Part shown: positions 9,578-21,141 of the stretch, one piece after another
Layout: each line of letters opens with the position of its first letter
How positions within the stretch are numbered: position 1 is the stretch's first letter
DNA from: an uncultured Actinomycetota bacterium
Lineage (GTDB): Bacteria; Actinomycetota; Acidimicrobiia; Spongiisociales; UBA4744
Length of the DNA: 64,000 nt
Assembly (NCBI GenBank): GCA_963717135.1
Contig: CAVQVN010000006.1
Location: 75,995 to 139,994, forward strand
Direction of reading: 5' to 3'
Position numbers and translations under genes: made by a program
The notes under the pieces: model-generated
Told to the model about the DNA's origin: nothing
Databases searched by the model: none
Seen by the model: the letters and a program-made list of their open reading frames with translations, nothing else

Positions 9578-11029
9578 ATGCGAATAGGAAAACTGGGGCG
9601 AGTACTTGCGCTTGTGTTTGTGCTCACCCTGATCGCCGCGGCGTGTGCCGGTGACGACACCACCGACACGACGGCCGCCACCGAAACAACAGCGGCCACC
9701 GAAACAACAGCCGCCACCGAAACAACAGCGGCCACCGAAACAACGGCGGCCATGAGCGACGAACCGGTAGTCGTCTGTGAGTTGGCTTACTACACAGGTG
9801 AGTTCGCGCCGTATGGACCCTCTCTCACAGCCGATGTCCAGTTCCCGATCTTTGAGGTAATCAACCTCGATCCCCCGCTGGGCCGCACCTGGGAATTCGT
9901 CTCCGAGGACCTCGGGACGGTTGGTGAGGCTCAGGCGGCGCGGGCGTGCCTCGAGCAGCATGGCGCCGAGATCCTGGTGAGCCAGGCCCACGGGTACCGG
10001 ACCTACCGGGACTTCATGCTGGAGTGGATCGCCGAGAACGACGGGCCGCTGGGCCCATCGGTCCACGGCGGGACGATCCCGCAAAACATCGGTGGAGTGG
10101 CCTCCGAGCCGATCTTCCGGGCGCAAGGCCTTGACGAAGCTCTGGGGATGACCGGTGTGTTGTACGCGGAAACGCTCGGCGTCGAGTCAATCGTGGTCTT
10201 CGCCACCCAGGTTGAGGGCTTCCAGCTGGCCGCCGGTGCCGCCGTTTTGGCTGCCGAAGCGATCGGCATGGAAGTACTGGCCCGGATCGATGTTCCTGCC
10301 GAGCAGCCGTCCTACCGGGCGGAAGCGGAGCGGATCGCCGGACTCGCCCCGGATGCAGTGATCGTGCAAGCCGGTTCTGTCGAGTCGGCCACTCTGATCC
10401 AACAGGCGGCAGAAGCGGGTCTGTCGACCCACTGGATCGGTGAGACCGGCTGGATCCAGAAGGAGTTCATCGACACTCTCGGAACCGAGCCGATCGCCGG
10501 CCAGAAGAGCATCGGGTACGCGGCGTTCACTTACAACGACAACACCCCGGCCTGGGAGTTCTACCAGCCGCTCTGGGACAACACCGCGCCCTATGGCAAG
10601 GACTCGGATTTCGCAGACCCGGCTACCGGGAACTACCACTACTCGACCTACGACCTGATGGTCCAGACGGCTCTGGCGGTCGAGTACGGTGGTTCGTACA
10701 AGGCGAGCGACTGGGCTCCGGCTATGTTCGCCGTGGGTGATCCGCCCGGAACCGTGTGCTACACGTATGCGGACTGCCTGGCGGAGATCCGGGCGGGCAA
10801 CGACATCGACTACGAGGGTGTCACCGGACCGGGTACGTACTCGGCCGGCGGCGTCAACGCCGTCACCCAGGCGTACGCTCCGTTCAACGCCGACGGCTCG
10901 CTCGGCGACGCGGTGATCATCGACGCCGACCGGGCGTTGGAGGTCATCGGCCTCATCGCCGTCCAAGCCGAGTGCGACAACCCGAACCCGGCCGGGACCA
11001 ACCCGGCGTCGCCCAACTGCACCTGGTAG
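9578..11029 (+). CDS. ABC transporter substrate-binding lipoprotein (Leu/Ile/Val-binding family) with Thr/Ala-rich repeat linker
   Basis: Signal peptide plus lipobox LIAAAC. Mature N-terminus DDTTDTTAATETTAATETTAATETTAATETTAA followed by periplasmic binding protein type-I fold features. RBS AAGGAGGAGG upstream. Confidence 0.85.
   Translation: MRIGKLGRVLALVFVLTLIAAACAGDDTTDTTAATETTAATETTAATETTAATETTAAMSDEPVVVCELAYYTGEFAPYGPSLTADVQFPIFEVINLDPPLGRTWEFVSEDLGTVGEAQAARACLEQHGAEILVSQAHGYRTYRDFMLEWIAENDGPLGPSVHGGTIPQNIGGVASEPIFRAQGLDEALGMTGVLYAETLGVESIVVFATQVEGFQLAAGAAVLAAEAIGMEVLARIDVPAEQPSYRAEAERIAGLAPDAVIVQAGSVESATLIQQAAEAGLSTHWIGETGWIQKEFIDTLGTEPIAGQKSIGYAAFTYNDNTPAWEFYQPLWDNTAPYGKDSDFADPATGNYHYSTYDLMVQTALAVEYGGSYKASDWAPAMFAVGDPPGTVCYTYADCLAEIRAGNDIDYEGVTGPGTYSAGGVNAVTQAYAPFNADGSLGDAVIIDADRALEVIGLIAVQAECDNPNPAGTNPASPNCTW
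9668..9749 (+). repeat. 18-nt tandem repeat (~4.4 copies) encoding TETTAA x4 linker
   Basis: gccaccgaaacaacagcg unit repeated with single synonymous changes. Produces spurious antisense ORF 9340..9753 (MAAVVSVAAVVSV...). Confidence 0.9.
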
Positions 11030-11065
11030 GAACGAATCGGACATAAGACACGTGGCAGACGAGTA

Positions 11066-11098
11066 GGTGGCAGCGGGGAAACCCGCTGCCACCTTTCT
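11066..11098 (+). terminator. rho-independent terminator after the transporter operon
   Basis: Perfect 12-bp stem GGTGGCAGCGGG / CCCGCTGCCACC with GAAA tetraloop followed by TTTCT. 37 nt after the SBP stop codon. Confidence 0.8.
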
Positions 11099-11103
11099 GA
11101 GCG

Positions 11104-11820
11104 GTGATTACTTCCGTGGCGATCGCCGCCTTCCTGATCGGTTTCAACAAGGCCGGGGTAGCCGGAACCCTCGGGCCGTTCGTGACAGTGCTGTTGGCGC
11201 TCAGCATTCCCGCCGACGACGCAGTCGGCCTGCTACTCCCCATCCTGATTGTGGCCGACTGGTTTACCCTGGCCGCCCACTGGAGACAATGGGACACACG
11301 AATCTACGGCAGACTGCTGATGGCTTCGTTGATCGGGATCGCCATCGGCAGTGTGGTGATCTCTGCCGTTAGCGAGACGGCTCTGCGGCGCATCATCGCG
11401 GTAGCGATGCTCGGATTTGCCATCTTCTACATCAAGAGCCGCTCGATCCGCCTGGACCCCCGCAAGTCCGACCGTTACGCCTGGCCGGCCGGGGCCACCT
11501 CCGGGCTCATCTCGACCCTGGCCCATCTCGGCGGCCCACCGGTCTTTGTGTACCTGATGACCACCAACTTGAAGCCCCGCCAGTTTGTGGCAACCAGCGC
11601 GGTGCTGTTTGCCACGATCAACTTGCTCAAGGTTCCCGGCTATCTCTTCGCCGGTTTGTTCGACGGTGAGTTGATAGTCTCGACCATGTGGACCTGGGTG
11701 ATGATCCCTGTAGGTGTTCTCGCCGGGCGAGCCCTGGTCGACAAGATCAACCGGGAGAGATTCGAGCGCATCACCGTCGCTCTGCTTACGGTCGGCGCCG
11801 CGCTGTTGCTCATCTTCTAG
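11104..11820 (+). CDS. TSUP/TauE-SafE family (DUF81) anion exporter permease
   Basis: 238-aa polytopic membrane ORF, GTG start. Two internal repeats typical of TSUP (..LGGPPVFVYLM..). Begins only 6 nt after the upstream terminator. Confidence 0.75.
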   Translation: MITSVAIAAFLIGFNKAGVAGTLGPFVTVLLALSIPADDAVGLLLPILIVADWFTLAAHWRQWDTRIYGRLLMASLIGIAIGSVVISAVSETALRRIIAVAMLGFAIFYIKSRSIRLDPRKSDRYAWPAGATSGLISTLAHLGGPPVFVYLMTTNLKPRQFVATSAVLFATINLLKVPGYLFAGLFDGELIVSTMWTWVMIPVGVLAGRALVDKINRERFERITVALLTVGAALLLIF

Positions 11821-11939
11821 CAGGCATCAGACTTCCCATACAGCCAGGCCGGTCCTGGCGTTTGCCGTACCGGGATCATGATGTCCGTTTTCAGCCCGAA
11901 CGTTGTCCCAACAGCATCGCAGCAGATTCGTGGACCCGG

Positions 11940-14624
<2,685 letters not shown>

Positions 14625-15971
14625 TCACAAATCCTGCTGGATCAAGTCGTCGTGGACTTGCCGCCGCACTACCAGCCGGGCCTCGCCGTTACGCACGAAC
14701 ACCACCGCCGGCCGCAAGACCTTGTTGTAGTTCGACCCCATCGAATGACCGTAGGCGCCGGTGACCGGTGTGCACAGCACATCTCCCACCCGCAGATCGG
14801 CCGGTACCCGAGCGTCGTGCACCAGCACGTCCCCGGACTCGCAGTGTTTGCCGACCACGGTGACGCGTTTCGGCCGTTCGGCCAGGGTCGCCCGGGGAAG
14901 GAAAGCTTCATAGCCGCTTCCGTAGAGGACCGGCCGGGGATTGTCGCTCATCCCGCCGTCGACCGCCACATACGTGCGGATCCCCGGCAGTTCCTTGACC
15001 GTCCCCACCCGGTAGAGCGTCACCGCCGCGTCGGCCACGATGGCCCGTCCGGGTTCGGCCGTGATCCGGGAGCTGATTCCGGCGTCCGTGCAGGCATTAC
15101 ACAGGGCGTTCCCCCAGTCGGTGATCGTGGGGGCTTGTTCCCCCTCAACGTAGGCGACGCCCAACCCGCCCCCGAAGCTCAATTCGGGGAGGCCCAACGG
15201 CTTCGCAAATTCTGCCACCGTCTCGACTGCCCGCAGAAACGAATCGACCCGAAAGATCTGGCTGCCGATGTGCACGTGGATTCCGAGAAGCTCGACGGCG
15301 GGCAAAGAAGCGAGACGCTCGACCGCGGCACGGGCCTTGCCCGTCGAGACCGTGAACCCGAATTTGGTGTCTTCCTGCCCGGTCGACAAATAGTGATGGG
15401 TATGAGCTTCGACGCCGGGCGCTACCCGGACCAGGGCCCGAACGGGCCCCAGTCCTTCGGCCAACAGGCTTTCCAGCCGGTCGATCTCGTCGAAGGAGTC
15501 GACGACCACTCGCCCAACCCCCTCTTGCAGGCCGTAACGGAGTTCGGCCGCCGACTTGTTGTTGCCGTGCAGCACCAGCCTCTCGGCCGGGACCCCGGCC
15601 GCCCGGGCCACGAACAGTTCGCCCCCGCTCGCCACGTCAAGGTGCATGCCCTCCTCATAGGCCAGCGACGCCATCGCCTTGCAGAGAAACGCCTTGGTGG
15701 CGTAGGCGACCCCCGGGCCAAACGTGGCCACCGCCTCCCGACAGCGGTCGCGCAAGTGGTCCTCGTCGTATACGAACAGCGGCGTCCCGAACTCGTCGGC
15801 CAGGTCGATCAGATCGAGCCCGGCGATTGCCAGCCGTCCATCCGGCCCGATCGTTGCGTTATCGGGAAGCAACTCGCGCGACACAGCCGTCGCCGGCTCG
15901 TCTCGAGCCGCCCGCGCCTGTTCCGTTCTGCCTATCTCGTTTCCGACGTTGGGGTCAAGCAAACCAATCAC
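14625..15971 (-). CDS. lysA: diaminopimelate decarboxylase
   Basis: 448-aa ORF, GTG start (a TTG three codons in with GGAG 7 nt upstream is an alternative). Fold-III PLP decarboxylase motifs, N-terminus LLPDNATIGPDGRLAIAGLDLIDLADEFGTPLFV resembles LysA N-termini. First ~15 codons lie inside the duplicated junction element. Confidence 0.85.
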   Translation of the reverse strand: MIGLLDPNVGNEIGRTEQARAARDEPATAVSRELLPDNATIGPDGRLAIAGLDLIDLADEFGTPLFVYDEDHLRDRCREAVATFGPGVAYATKAFLCKAMASLAYEEGMHLDVASGGELFVARAAGVPAERLVLHGNNKSAAELRYGLQEGVGRVVVDSFDEIDRLESLLAEGLGPVRALVRVAPGVEAHTHHYLSTGQEDTKFGFTVSTGKARAAVERLASLPAVELLGIHVHIGSQIFRVDSFLRAVETVAEFAKPLGLPELSFGGGLGVAYVEGEQAPTITDWGNALCNACTDAGISSRITAEPGRAIVADAAVTLYRVGTVKELPGIRTYVAVDGGMSDNPRPVLYGSGYEAFLPRATLAERPKRVTVVGKHCESGDVLVHDARVPADLRVGDVLCTPVTGAYGHSMGSNYNKVLRPAVVFVRNGEARLVVRRQVHDDLIQQDL

Positions 15972-16018
15972 TCCGCATAGACGACCACCCTAGGACCCAT
16001 CCCCGTCACCGAGGAGCC
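15926..16018 (-). repeat. copy A of ~93-nt duplicated junction element (argD|lysA junction)
   Basis: 79/93 identical to 20377..20469 in the same orientation. Spans last 4 codons of argD, the 34-nt intergenic spacer (with GGAG RBS) and first 15 codons of lysA. Confidence 0.85.
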
Positions 16019-17196
16019 GGCTCGCCGGACAGGGCGCGTCCGACCAGGGTGATCGCTTCGTCGATCTCGGCGGGCGTGACGATCAGCGGGGGCACGAAGC
16101 GGACCACGTCGGGGCCGGCCGGACAGGTGAGCAGCCCCAGACGGTGGAGTGATCCCACCAGGTCGGATGCTCGGGGTCCTGCCAGAACCAGGCCTTGCAT
16201 GAGGCCCCGGCCCCGCACCGCCGCCACCCCCGGATCTTCGGCCGCCAGGAGCTCCAGGCCTCTCTGTAGCCGGTCGCCGGCGGCCACCACCCCGTCGAGA
16301 AATCCGTCGCCGAGAACCACGTCGAGCACTGCACCGGCCACCGAGGCCACCAGCGGACCACCGCCGAACGTCGAAGCGTGATCGCCCGGCTCAAATACGT
16401 CGGCCGCCTCGCCGCGGGCGAGCAAAGCTCCCATGGGTAGCCCACCGGCGAGTGCCTTGGCGGTGGTGACCGCGTCGGGGAGCACCGCCTCCGCTTGGAA
16501 GGCGAACAGGCTCCCGGTTCGCCCAATCCCACTCTGTACTTCGTCGAAGACGAGTAATGCCCCGACGGCGTCGCAGGCCTCGCGCAGATGGGCAAGCCAG
16601 CCCGGTGGAGAAGGCCTCACCCCGCCCTCTCCCTGCACCGGTTCCACGATCACCATCGCGGTCCGGTCGTCGATGCGGACCGGCTCACCGAAAGGCAGAA
16701 TGTCGACGTCGGGAAGCAGGGGACGGAACGGCTCCTGGTAGCGGCGCCGGGCTGTGACCGACAACGCCCCCAGCGTGCGCCCGTGGAACGATCCCTCGAA
16801 GCAGACGATCCGGCTTCGCCCCGGCCGTGCCTTGCGGCTCAGCTTGATGGCCGCCTCCACCGACTCGGCGCCTGAGTTGCAGAAAAAGGCACGGTCCATG
16901 TCCGCAGCCGCGGTGAGCCGCTCCGCAAGCCGCACCATCGGCTCGGTCCAGTAGAGATTGCTCACGTGGATCAGACCGGCGGCCCCCCGGCGAAGGGCGT
17001 CGACTACCGCCGGGTGGGCATGACCCAGGGCCGACACCGCGATCCCTGCGACGAAATCGAGGTAGGTGCGGCCGGCCGAGTCGGCGACCCTGCATCCCGA
17101 CCCGGATACCAGTTCGATCGGATACCGGTCGTATGTGGACTGCAACACAGCACCACCCCGGGGGGCCAGCGTCCCCGCCCACTCCGGGGTGATCAC
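16006..17196 (-). CDS. argD: acetylornithine aminotransferase
   Basis: 396-aa class-III aminotransferase ORF. 4-nt overlap with argB stop. Confidence 0.88.
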   Translation of the reverse strand: MITPEWAGTLAPRGGAVLQSTYDRYPIELVSGSGCRVADSAGRTYLDFVAGIAVSALGHAHPAVVDALRRGAAGLIHVSNLYWTEPMVRLAERLTAAADMDRAFFCNSGAESVEAAIKLSRKARPGRSRIVCFEGSFHGRTLGALSVTARRRYQEPFRPLLPDVDILPFGEPVRIDDRTAMVIVEPVQGEGGVRPSPPGWLAHLREACDAVGALLVFDEVQSGIGRTGSLFAFQAEAVLPDAVTTAKALAGGLPMGALLARGEAADVFEPGDHASTFGGGPLVASVAGAVLDVVLGDGFLDGVVAAGDRLQRGLELLAAEDPGVAAVRGRGLMQGLVLAGPRASDLVGSLHRLGLLTCPAGPDVVRFVPPLIVTPAEIDEAITLVGRALSGEPAPR

Positions 17197-18077
17197 GTGC
17201 CCACCACCAGCGTCCCGGTCCCGTGGTCGGACAGCAGCTCCCGCACCAGGGCGTGGCGCTCCCGGCCGTCCACCAGATGTACCCGGGGGACCCCGGCGTG
17301 GAGAGCGCCCACCGCCGACTCCAGCTTGGGACGCATTCCGCCGCCGGCGACTCCCGAAGCGACCAGGCGGGCCGCTTCCTCACCGGTCACCACCCGCCGT
17401 ACCTCGCCGTCGACGATGACCCCCTGCACGTCCGAAAGGAATACCGCCACAGCCGCTCCGATCGCCCCGGCGACCGCCCCGGCGACTACGTCGGCGTTTA
17501 TGTTGTGGGGCTGCCCGTTGGTATCGGCGGCCGTGGAGGACAGTACCGGGATGTAGCCGTTGTCGACCAGCAGCCGCAACAGAGTGGCGTCCACCCCTTC
17601 CACCAGGCCGACGAACCCGATGTCGGACCCGTTCGGACGGTGGCGCACCACCGTCAGAGTCCCCGCGTCGGTGCCGGACAAGCCGACCGCCCGACCCCCC
17701 GCCCGCTGGAGCAGCGACACCACCTGCTTGTTCACCCGGCCGGAAAGGACCATCTCGGCGACCTCCGCTGCCTCGGCGTCGGTCTCCCGATGGCCGTCCA
17801 CGAACCGGGACTCGATCCCCATTCGCTCCATCGTCCGGGTCAGCGCCGGGCCGCCCCCGTGCACGACCACCGTCCGCACCCCCGCCTGCTGCAGCAACAC
17901 CAGATCCGCGGCCCACGACGCGGCAGTCTCCGGCCCTTCCATTGCCGCTCCGCCGATCTTGACGACGACCGTTGCACCCCGGAGTTCGAGGAGCCGCCCT
18001 CGACCGGCCGGTGGGGCGGCCGCCCGCGCCAGCAGTTCGTCGAGCGCCCTCTCGAGGTCAGGTCCGGTATCCGGCAT
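17193..18077 (-). CDS. argB: acetylglutamate kinase
   Basis: 294-aa amino-acid kinase family ORF (VVKIGGA...HGGGP motifs). Confidence 0.9.
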   Translation of the reverse strand: MPDTGPDLERALDELLARAAAPPAGRGRLLELRGATVVVKIGGAAMEGPETAASWAADLVLLQQAGVRTVVVHGGGPALTRTMERMGIESRFVDGHRETDAEAAEVAEMVLSGRVNKQVVSLLQRAGGRAVGLSGTDAGTLTVVRHRPNGSDIGFVGLVEGVDATLLRLLVDNGYIPVLSSTAADTNGQPHNINADVVAGAVAGAIGAAVAVFLSDVQGVIVDGEVRRVVTGEEAARLVASGVAGGGMRPKLESAVGALHAGVPRVHLVDGRERHALVRELLSDHGTGTLVVGT

Positions 18078-19257
18078 TGATATCTACGTAACGGCCGTTG
18101 ATGTCACAGGTCCAGGTGAGTGCCCCCTCATCGCCCAATCCCAGATCGAGATGTATCTCCACCTCGTTTTGCGACAGCCGGTGGGTCGCCTCACCCTCGG
18201 AAAAATCAGACAGATACCCGGGAGCCAGCACTTCGAGACCCCCGAGGCGCAACGTCATGCGCTCCCCCCTCACCGGGACACCTGCCCGTCCCGCCGCGGC
18301 AACGACCCGCCCCCAGTTGGCATCTGCCCCGTAGACCGCGGTTTTGACCAACAGCGACGTAGATACCGTCCGCGCCACGGCTAGGGCATCCGCCTCGGTC
18401 GCCGCCCCGGTCACCCGCACTGTGATCAGCCTGGTCGCCCCTTCCCCGTCACGGGCCACCTCCTTGGCCAGGTCCACCAGCACCGTCGTCAGCGCCGATT
18501 CGAACCCGGCCTCCTCGACGCTTCCCACCTCGACGCCGGCCGTGGCGTTGGCCAGCACAATGATCATGTCGTTGGTAGACGTGTCGCCGTCCACTGTGAT
18601 CCGGTTGAACGAGCGGTCGACCGCCCGCCGCAAGATCGGCTGAAGCCGGTCGACGGCAATGGCGGCGTCGGTCGTCACGAACCCCAAGGTGGTCGCCAGG
18701 TCGGGATGGATCATCCCCGAACCTTTCGCCATCCCCCCGACGGTGTACACGCCGCTCGGACCCTCGACCCATTGCACCGTCTCTTTGATGTGGGTATCGG
18801 TGGTGAGGATCGCCCTGGCTGCGGCCGGGCCTCCGTCGATCGACAGGCGCTCCACCGCCAGGGGCAGGCCCTCGGCAAGACGGTCGAGCGGCAACTGCAC
18901 CCCGATCACCCCGGTCGAGCCGACCAGCACATCGCCGGGTTCGAAGCCGAGCAACCGGCCGGTCTCCGCCGCCATCCACTCTGCGGCCCGATCGCCCTGC
19001 TCCCCCGTGCAGGCATTGGCTACCCCCGAATTCACCACGATCGCCCGGGCCCGGCCCCCATTCCGCTCCAGCACCGCTTGGTTATGAAGCAGGGGGGCCG
19101 CCTGCACCGCGTTGGTCGTGTATACCGCCGCCGCCACCGCCGGCCGATCCGACACCACCAGCGCCAGATCCGGCTTGTGGTTGCGGATCCCGCAGTGCAC
19201 CCCCGAGGCCCGGTAGCCCTCAGGAGCCGTCACCCCGACTCTGCTCCGGATGATCAC
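18058..19257 (-). CDS. argJ: bifunctional glutamate N-acetyltransferase / ornithine acetyltransferase
   Basis: ORF 18058..19305 trimmed to GTG 19257 (VIIRSRVGV...), which overlaps argC TGA stop in a GTGA arrangement. ArgJ self-cleavage region ...ATTLGFVTTDA (ATML-like Thr site). Confidence 0.85.
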   Translation of the reverse strand: MIIRSRVGVTAPEGYRASGVHCGIRNHKPDLALVVSDRPAVAAAVYTTNAVQAAPLLHNQAVLERNGGRARAIVVNSGVANACTGEQGDRAAEWMAAETGRLLGFEPGDVLVGSTGVIGVQLPLDRLAEGLPLAVERLSIDGGPAAARAILTTDTHIKETVQWVEGPSGVYTVGGMAKGSGMIHPDLATTLGFVTTDAAIAVDRLQPILRRAVDRSFNRITVDGDTSTNDMIIVLANATAGVEVGSVEEAGFESALTTVLVDLAKEVARDGEGATRLITVRVTGAATEADALAVARTVSTSLLVKTAVYGADANWGRVVAAAGRAGVPVRGERMTLRLGGLEVLAPGYLSDFSEGEATHRLSQNEVEIHLDLGLGDEGALTWTCDINGRYVDINAGYRT

Positions 19258-20291
19258 GACACCACCTTCCCACCCGGTAGCCCGGCAGTCTCGGCAAGCC
19301 CCCACACCCGATTGAACACCTGCACCGCTTGCCCCGCCGCTCCCTTCAACAGGTTGTCGATCACCGCGACGACAACGAGGGTTCCTGCGGCGGTATCGAC
19401 TACCGGTGCCAGCTCACAGACGTTGGTTCCCACCACGTTCCTGATGGCCGGGAGCCGGTCGGCCGAATCGACAATCCTTACGAACGGAGCCCCGGCGTAG
19501 GTTTCCCGGTAATGGGCCAGCACCTCCGCCTGGGAGGTCGGGCCGGTGAGCGGCATGACCACCGTTGCCAGGATTCCCCTCTCGATGGGGATCAGGTGCG
19601 GGACGAAGGTCAGCCGGATGGGCCGCCCCGCGTAGCGCTCCAGACCCGCCACCATCTCGGGAACGTGCTGATGGGCCGCGATCCGGTACGCCCGAGCATC
19701 TCCGTACATCTCGGAGAAGCTCAGCGCGACCTTGCCCGACCGCCCGGCACCGGAGGTCCCCGACATCGCAGTGACCGTGATCGACGAGCCCGAGCCGTCG
19801 AGGCGCAGAGCCGGGGCGGCCGCCAGGTGGACGGCGGTCGGGTAGCAGCCCGGGCAGGCGACCAGCGGAGCGCCGGGCAGTTCGCTGCCAAAGAGTTCGG
19901 GAAGGCCGTAGACCGCTCTCCCGAGCAACTCGGGAACGGGATGCTCGCGCCGGTACCACGACCGGTAGATGTCGGGATCCGAGAGCCGGAGGTCACCCGA
20001 CAGATCGATGACGCTCCCCACCCGGTCGAGGAGGGCCATGGCCGCCGGGGCCGACTCGCCGTGCGGGAGGGCCAGGAACACCGCGTCCAGGCCTGCGAGC
20101 CGATCCGGCTCCCACGGGCCTATCTCCCCTCGGAAGAGGTGGGCCCGGGCGGGGTACAGTTCCTCCCAGCGGCGGCCCGCCGAGCCGGCGCCCATGACGA
20201 CCTCTACCGAGACCTCCGGATGACCGCCGAGCAGACCCACGAGTTCGGCGCCGGAATAGCCGGATGCCCCAACGACGGCGGTGCGGATCAC
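19254..20291 (-). CDS. argC: N-acetyl-gamma-glutamyl-phosphate reductase
   Basis: 345-aa ORF, GTG start (VIRTAVVGASGYSGAELV, Rossmann motif). RBS AAGGAATAACC. Catalytic Cys region. Confidence 0.9.
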   Translation of the reverse strand: MIRTAVVGASGYSGAELVGLLGGHPEVSVEVVMGAGSAGRRWEELYPARAHLFRGEIGPWEPDRLAGLDAVFLALPHGESAPAAMALLDRVGSVIDLSGDLRLSDPDIYRSWYRREHPVPELLGRAVYGLPELFGSELPGAPLVACPGCYPTAVHLAAAPALRLDGSGSSITVTAMSGTSGAGRSGKVALSFSEMYGDARAYRIAAHQHVPEMVAGLERYAGRPIRLTFVPHLIPIERGILATVVMPLTGPTSQAEVLAHYRETYAGAPFVRIVDSADRLPAIRNVVGTNVCELAPVVDTAAGTLVVVAVIDNLLKGAAGQAVQVFNRVWGLAETAGLPGGKVVS

Positions 20292-20293
20292 GG

Positions 20294-20422
20294 TTATTCC
20301 TTGGGACGGGAACAGGGTGGAGCGAAGATAAGGCCCCGGGTCCCAGAACGCAACTCTTGCAGATCCGCCTGCCCCCTTCTGCCCATCTCGTTTTCGACGT
20401 TGGGGTCAAGCAAACCGATCAC
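20294..20422 (-). CDS. 42-codon upstream ORF translationally coupled to argC (putative leader peptide; derived from duplicated lysA 5' end)
   Basis: GTG 20422..20420 to TAA 20296..20294. TAA stop sits inside the argC RBS, 2 nt before argC GTG. Peptide MIGLLDPNVENEMGRRGQADLQELRSGTRGLIFAPPCSRPKE shares its first 13 residues with the lysA N-terminus. Translation unproven. Confidence 0.35.
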   Translation of the reverse strand: MIGLLDPNVENEMGRRGQADLQELRSGTRGLIFAPPCSRPKE

Positions 20423-20469
20423 TCCGTTTGGACGACCACCTCAAGACCGACCCCCATCATCGAGGAGCC
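20377..20469 (-). repeat. copy B of ~93-nt duplicated junction element (hisIE|argC intergenic)
   Basis: 79/93 identical to 15926..16018. Core cggagtgatyggtttgcttgaccccaacgtcgraaacgagatrggcag nearly invariant. Confidence 0.85.
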
Positions 20470-20511
20470 AGGCGGCGGCAACGCCGTCGCACGAAGGATC
20501 TCGGTCGTGTC

Positions 20512-21141
20512 TCATCCGGTACGGCGGCGAGCTTGGAGGATGTTGGCCACCTCGGTCGGGTCAATGCCCCGCTCGGCCAGCAACACCAAAGTGTGGTAGG
20601 CGAGATCGGCCACTTCTTCCGCCAGACGCCGGTCATCAGCCGGCCCGGCCGCATGGTCTTTGGCGGCCAGCAGCACCTCGCCGGCTTCCTCCAGGACCTT
20701 GCGGGCCACAGCATCGACGCCCCCGCTCAGGAGGGAAGCCGTGTAGGAACCCTCCGGGCGATCATCCGCTCGTTGCAGAATGATCGACCACAACTCGCCG
20801 AGGATCCCGAACCCTTCCGGTCGGCTGCCATCGGTGCCGTCGAAACATCCTCCAGTGCCCGTGTGACATGTGGGTCCCCGGGGATTGGCGATCAGCAAGA
20901 GGGTGTCGCCGTCACAATCGACCCGCAGCTCCACCAGACTGAGGGTGTTGCCGCTGGTTGCTCCTTTGCGCCAAATCTCTTGGCGGGAACGGCTCCAGAA
21001 GTGAACGTCTCCGGTCGAGAGGGTCAGCCGGAGCGACTCATGGTTGAGGTACCCCAACATCAGCACCCGGCCGGTCAGCTCGTCCTGCACGATCCCGGGC
21101 ACCAGCCCCTGGGCGTCGAAGCGCACGTCCGGCGGAATCAT
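20512..21141 (-). CDS. hisI: bifunctional phosphoribosyl-AMP cyclohydrolase / phosphoribosyl-ATP pyrophosphatase
   Basis: 209-aa ORF. HisI-type Cys-rich N-half (CDGD...CHTG) and HisE-type C-half. Confidence 0.88.
   Translation of the reverse strand: MIPPDVRFDAQGLVPGIVQDELTGRVLMLGYLNHESLRLTLSTGDVHFWSRSRQEIWRKGATSGNTLSLVELRVDCDGDTLLLIANPRGPTCHTGTGGCFDGTDGSRPEGFGILGELWSIILQRADDRPEGSYTASLLSGGVDAVARKVLEEAGEVLLAAKDHAAGPADDRRLAEEVADLAYHTLVLLAERGIDPTEVANILQARRRTG

Noticed and set aside
9340-9753. 137-aa minus-strand ORF MAAVVSVAAVVSVAAVVS...
   Set aside because: Pure reverse-complement reading of the TETTAA tandem repeat inside the substrate-binding protein gene. Low-complexity artefact.
11067-11372. 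101-aa plus-strand ORF starting inside the terminator hairpin
   Set aside because: Overlaps the terminator stem-loop and is out of frame with, and overlapped by, the well-supported TSUP permease gene.
14652-15980. 442-aa plus-strand ORF antisense to lysA (and similar long antisense ORFs, e.g. 17223..18080, 19329..20783, 282..836, 1086..2105, 29071..29790, 35691..36295, 62540..63118)
   Set aside because: High-GC genomes generate long stop-free antisense frames. These are Arg/Pro/Gly-rich, lack RBS and are opposite strongly supported genes.
15926-20469. Interpreting the two 93-nt copies as inverted-repeat ends of a mobile element carrying argCJBD
   Set aside because: The copies are in direct, not inverted, orientation. 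They carry no transposase and correspond to functional gene 5' ends (RBS plus start codon), which fits a regulatory duplication better.
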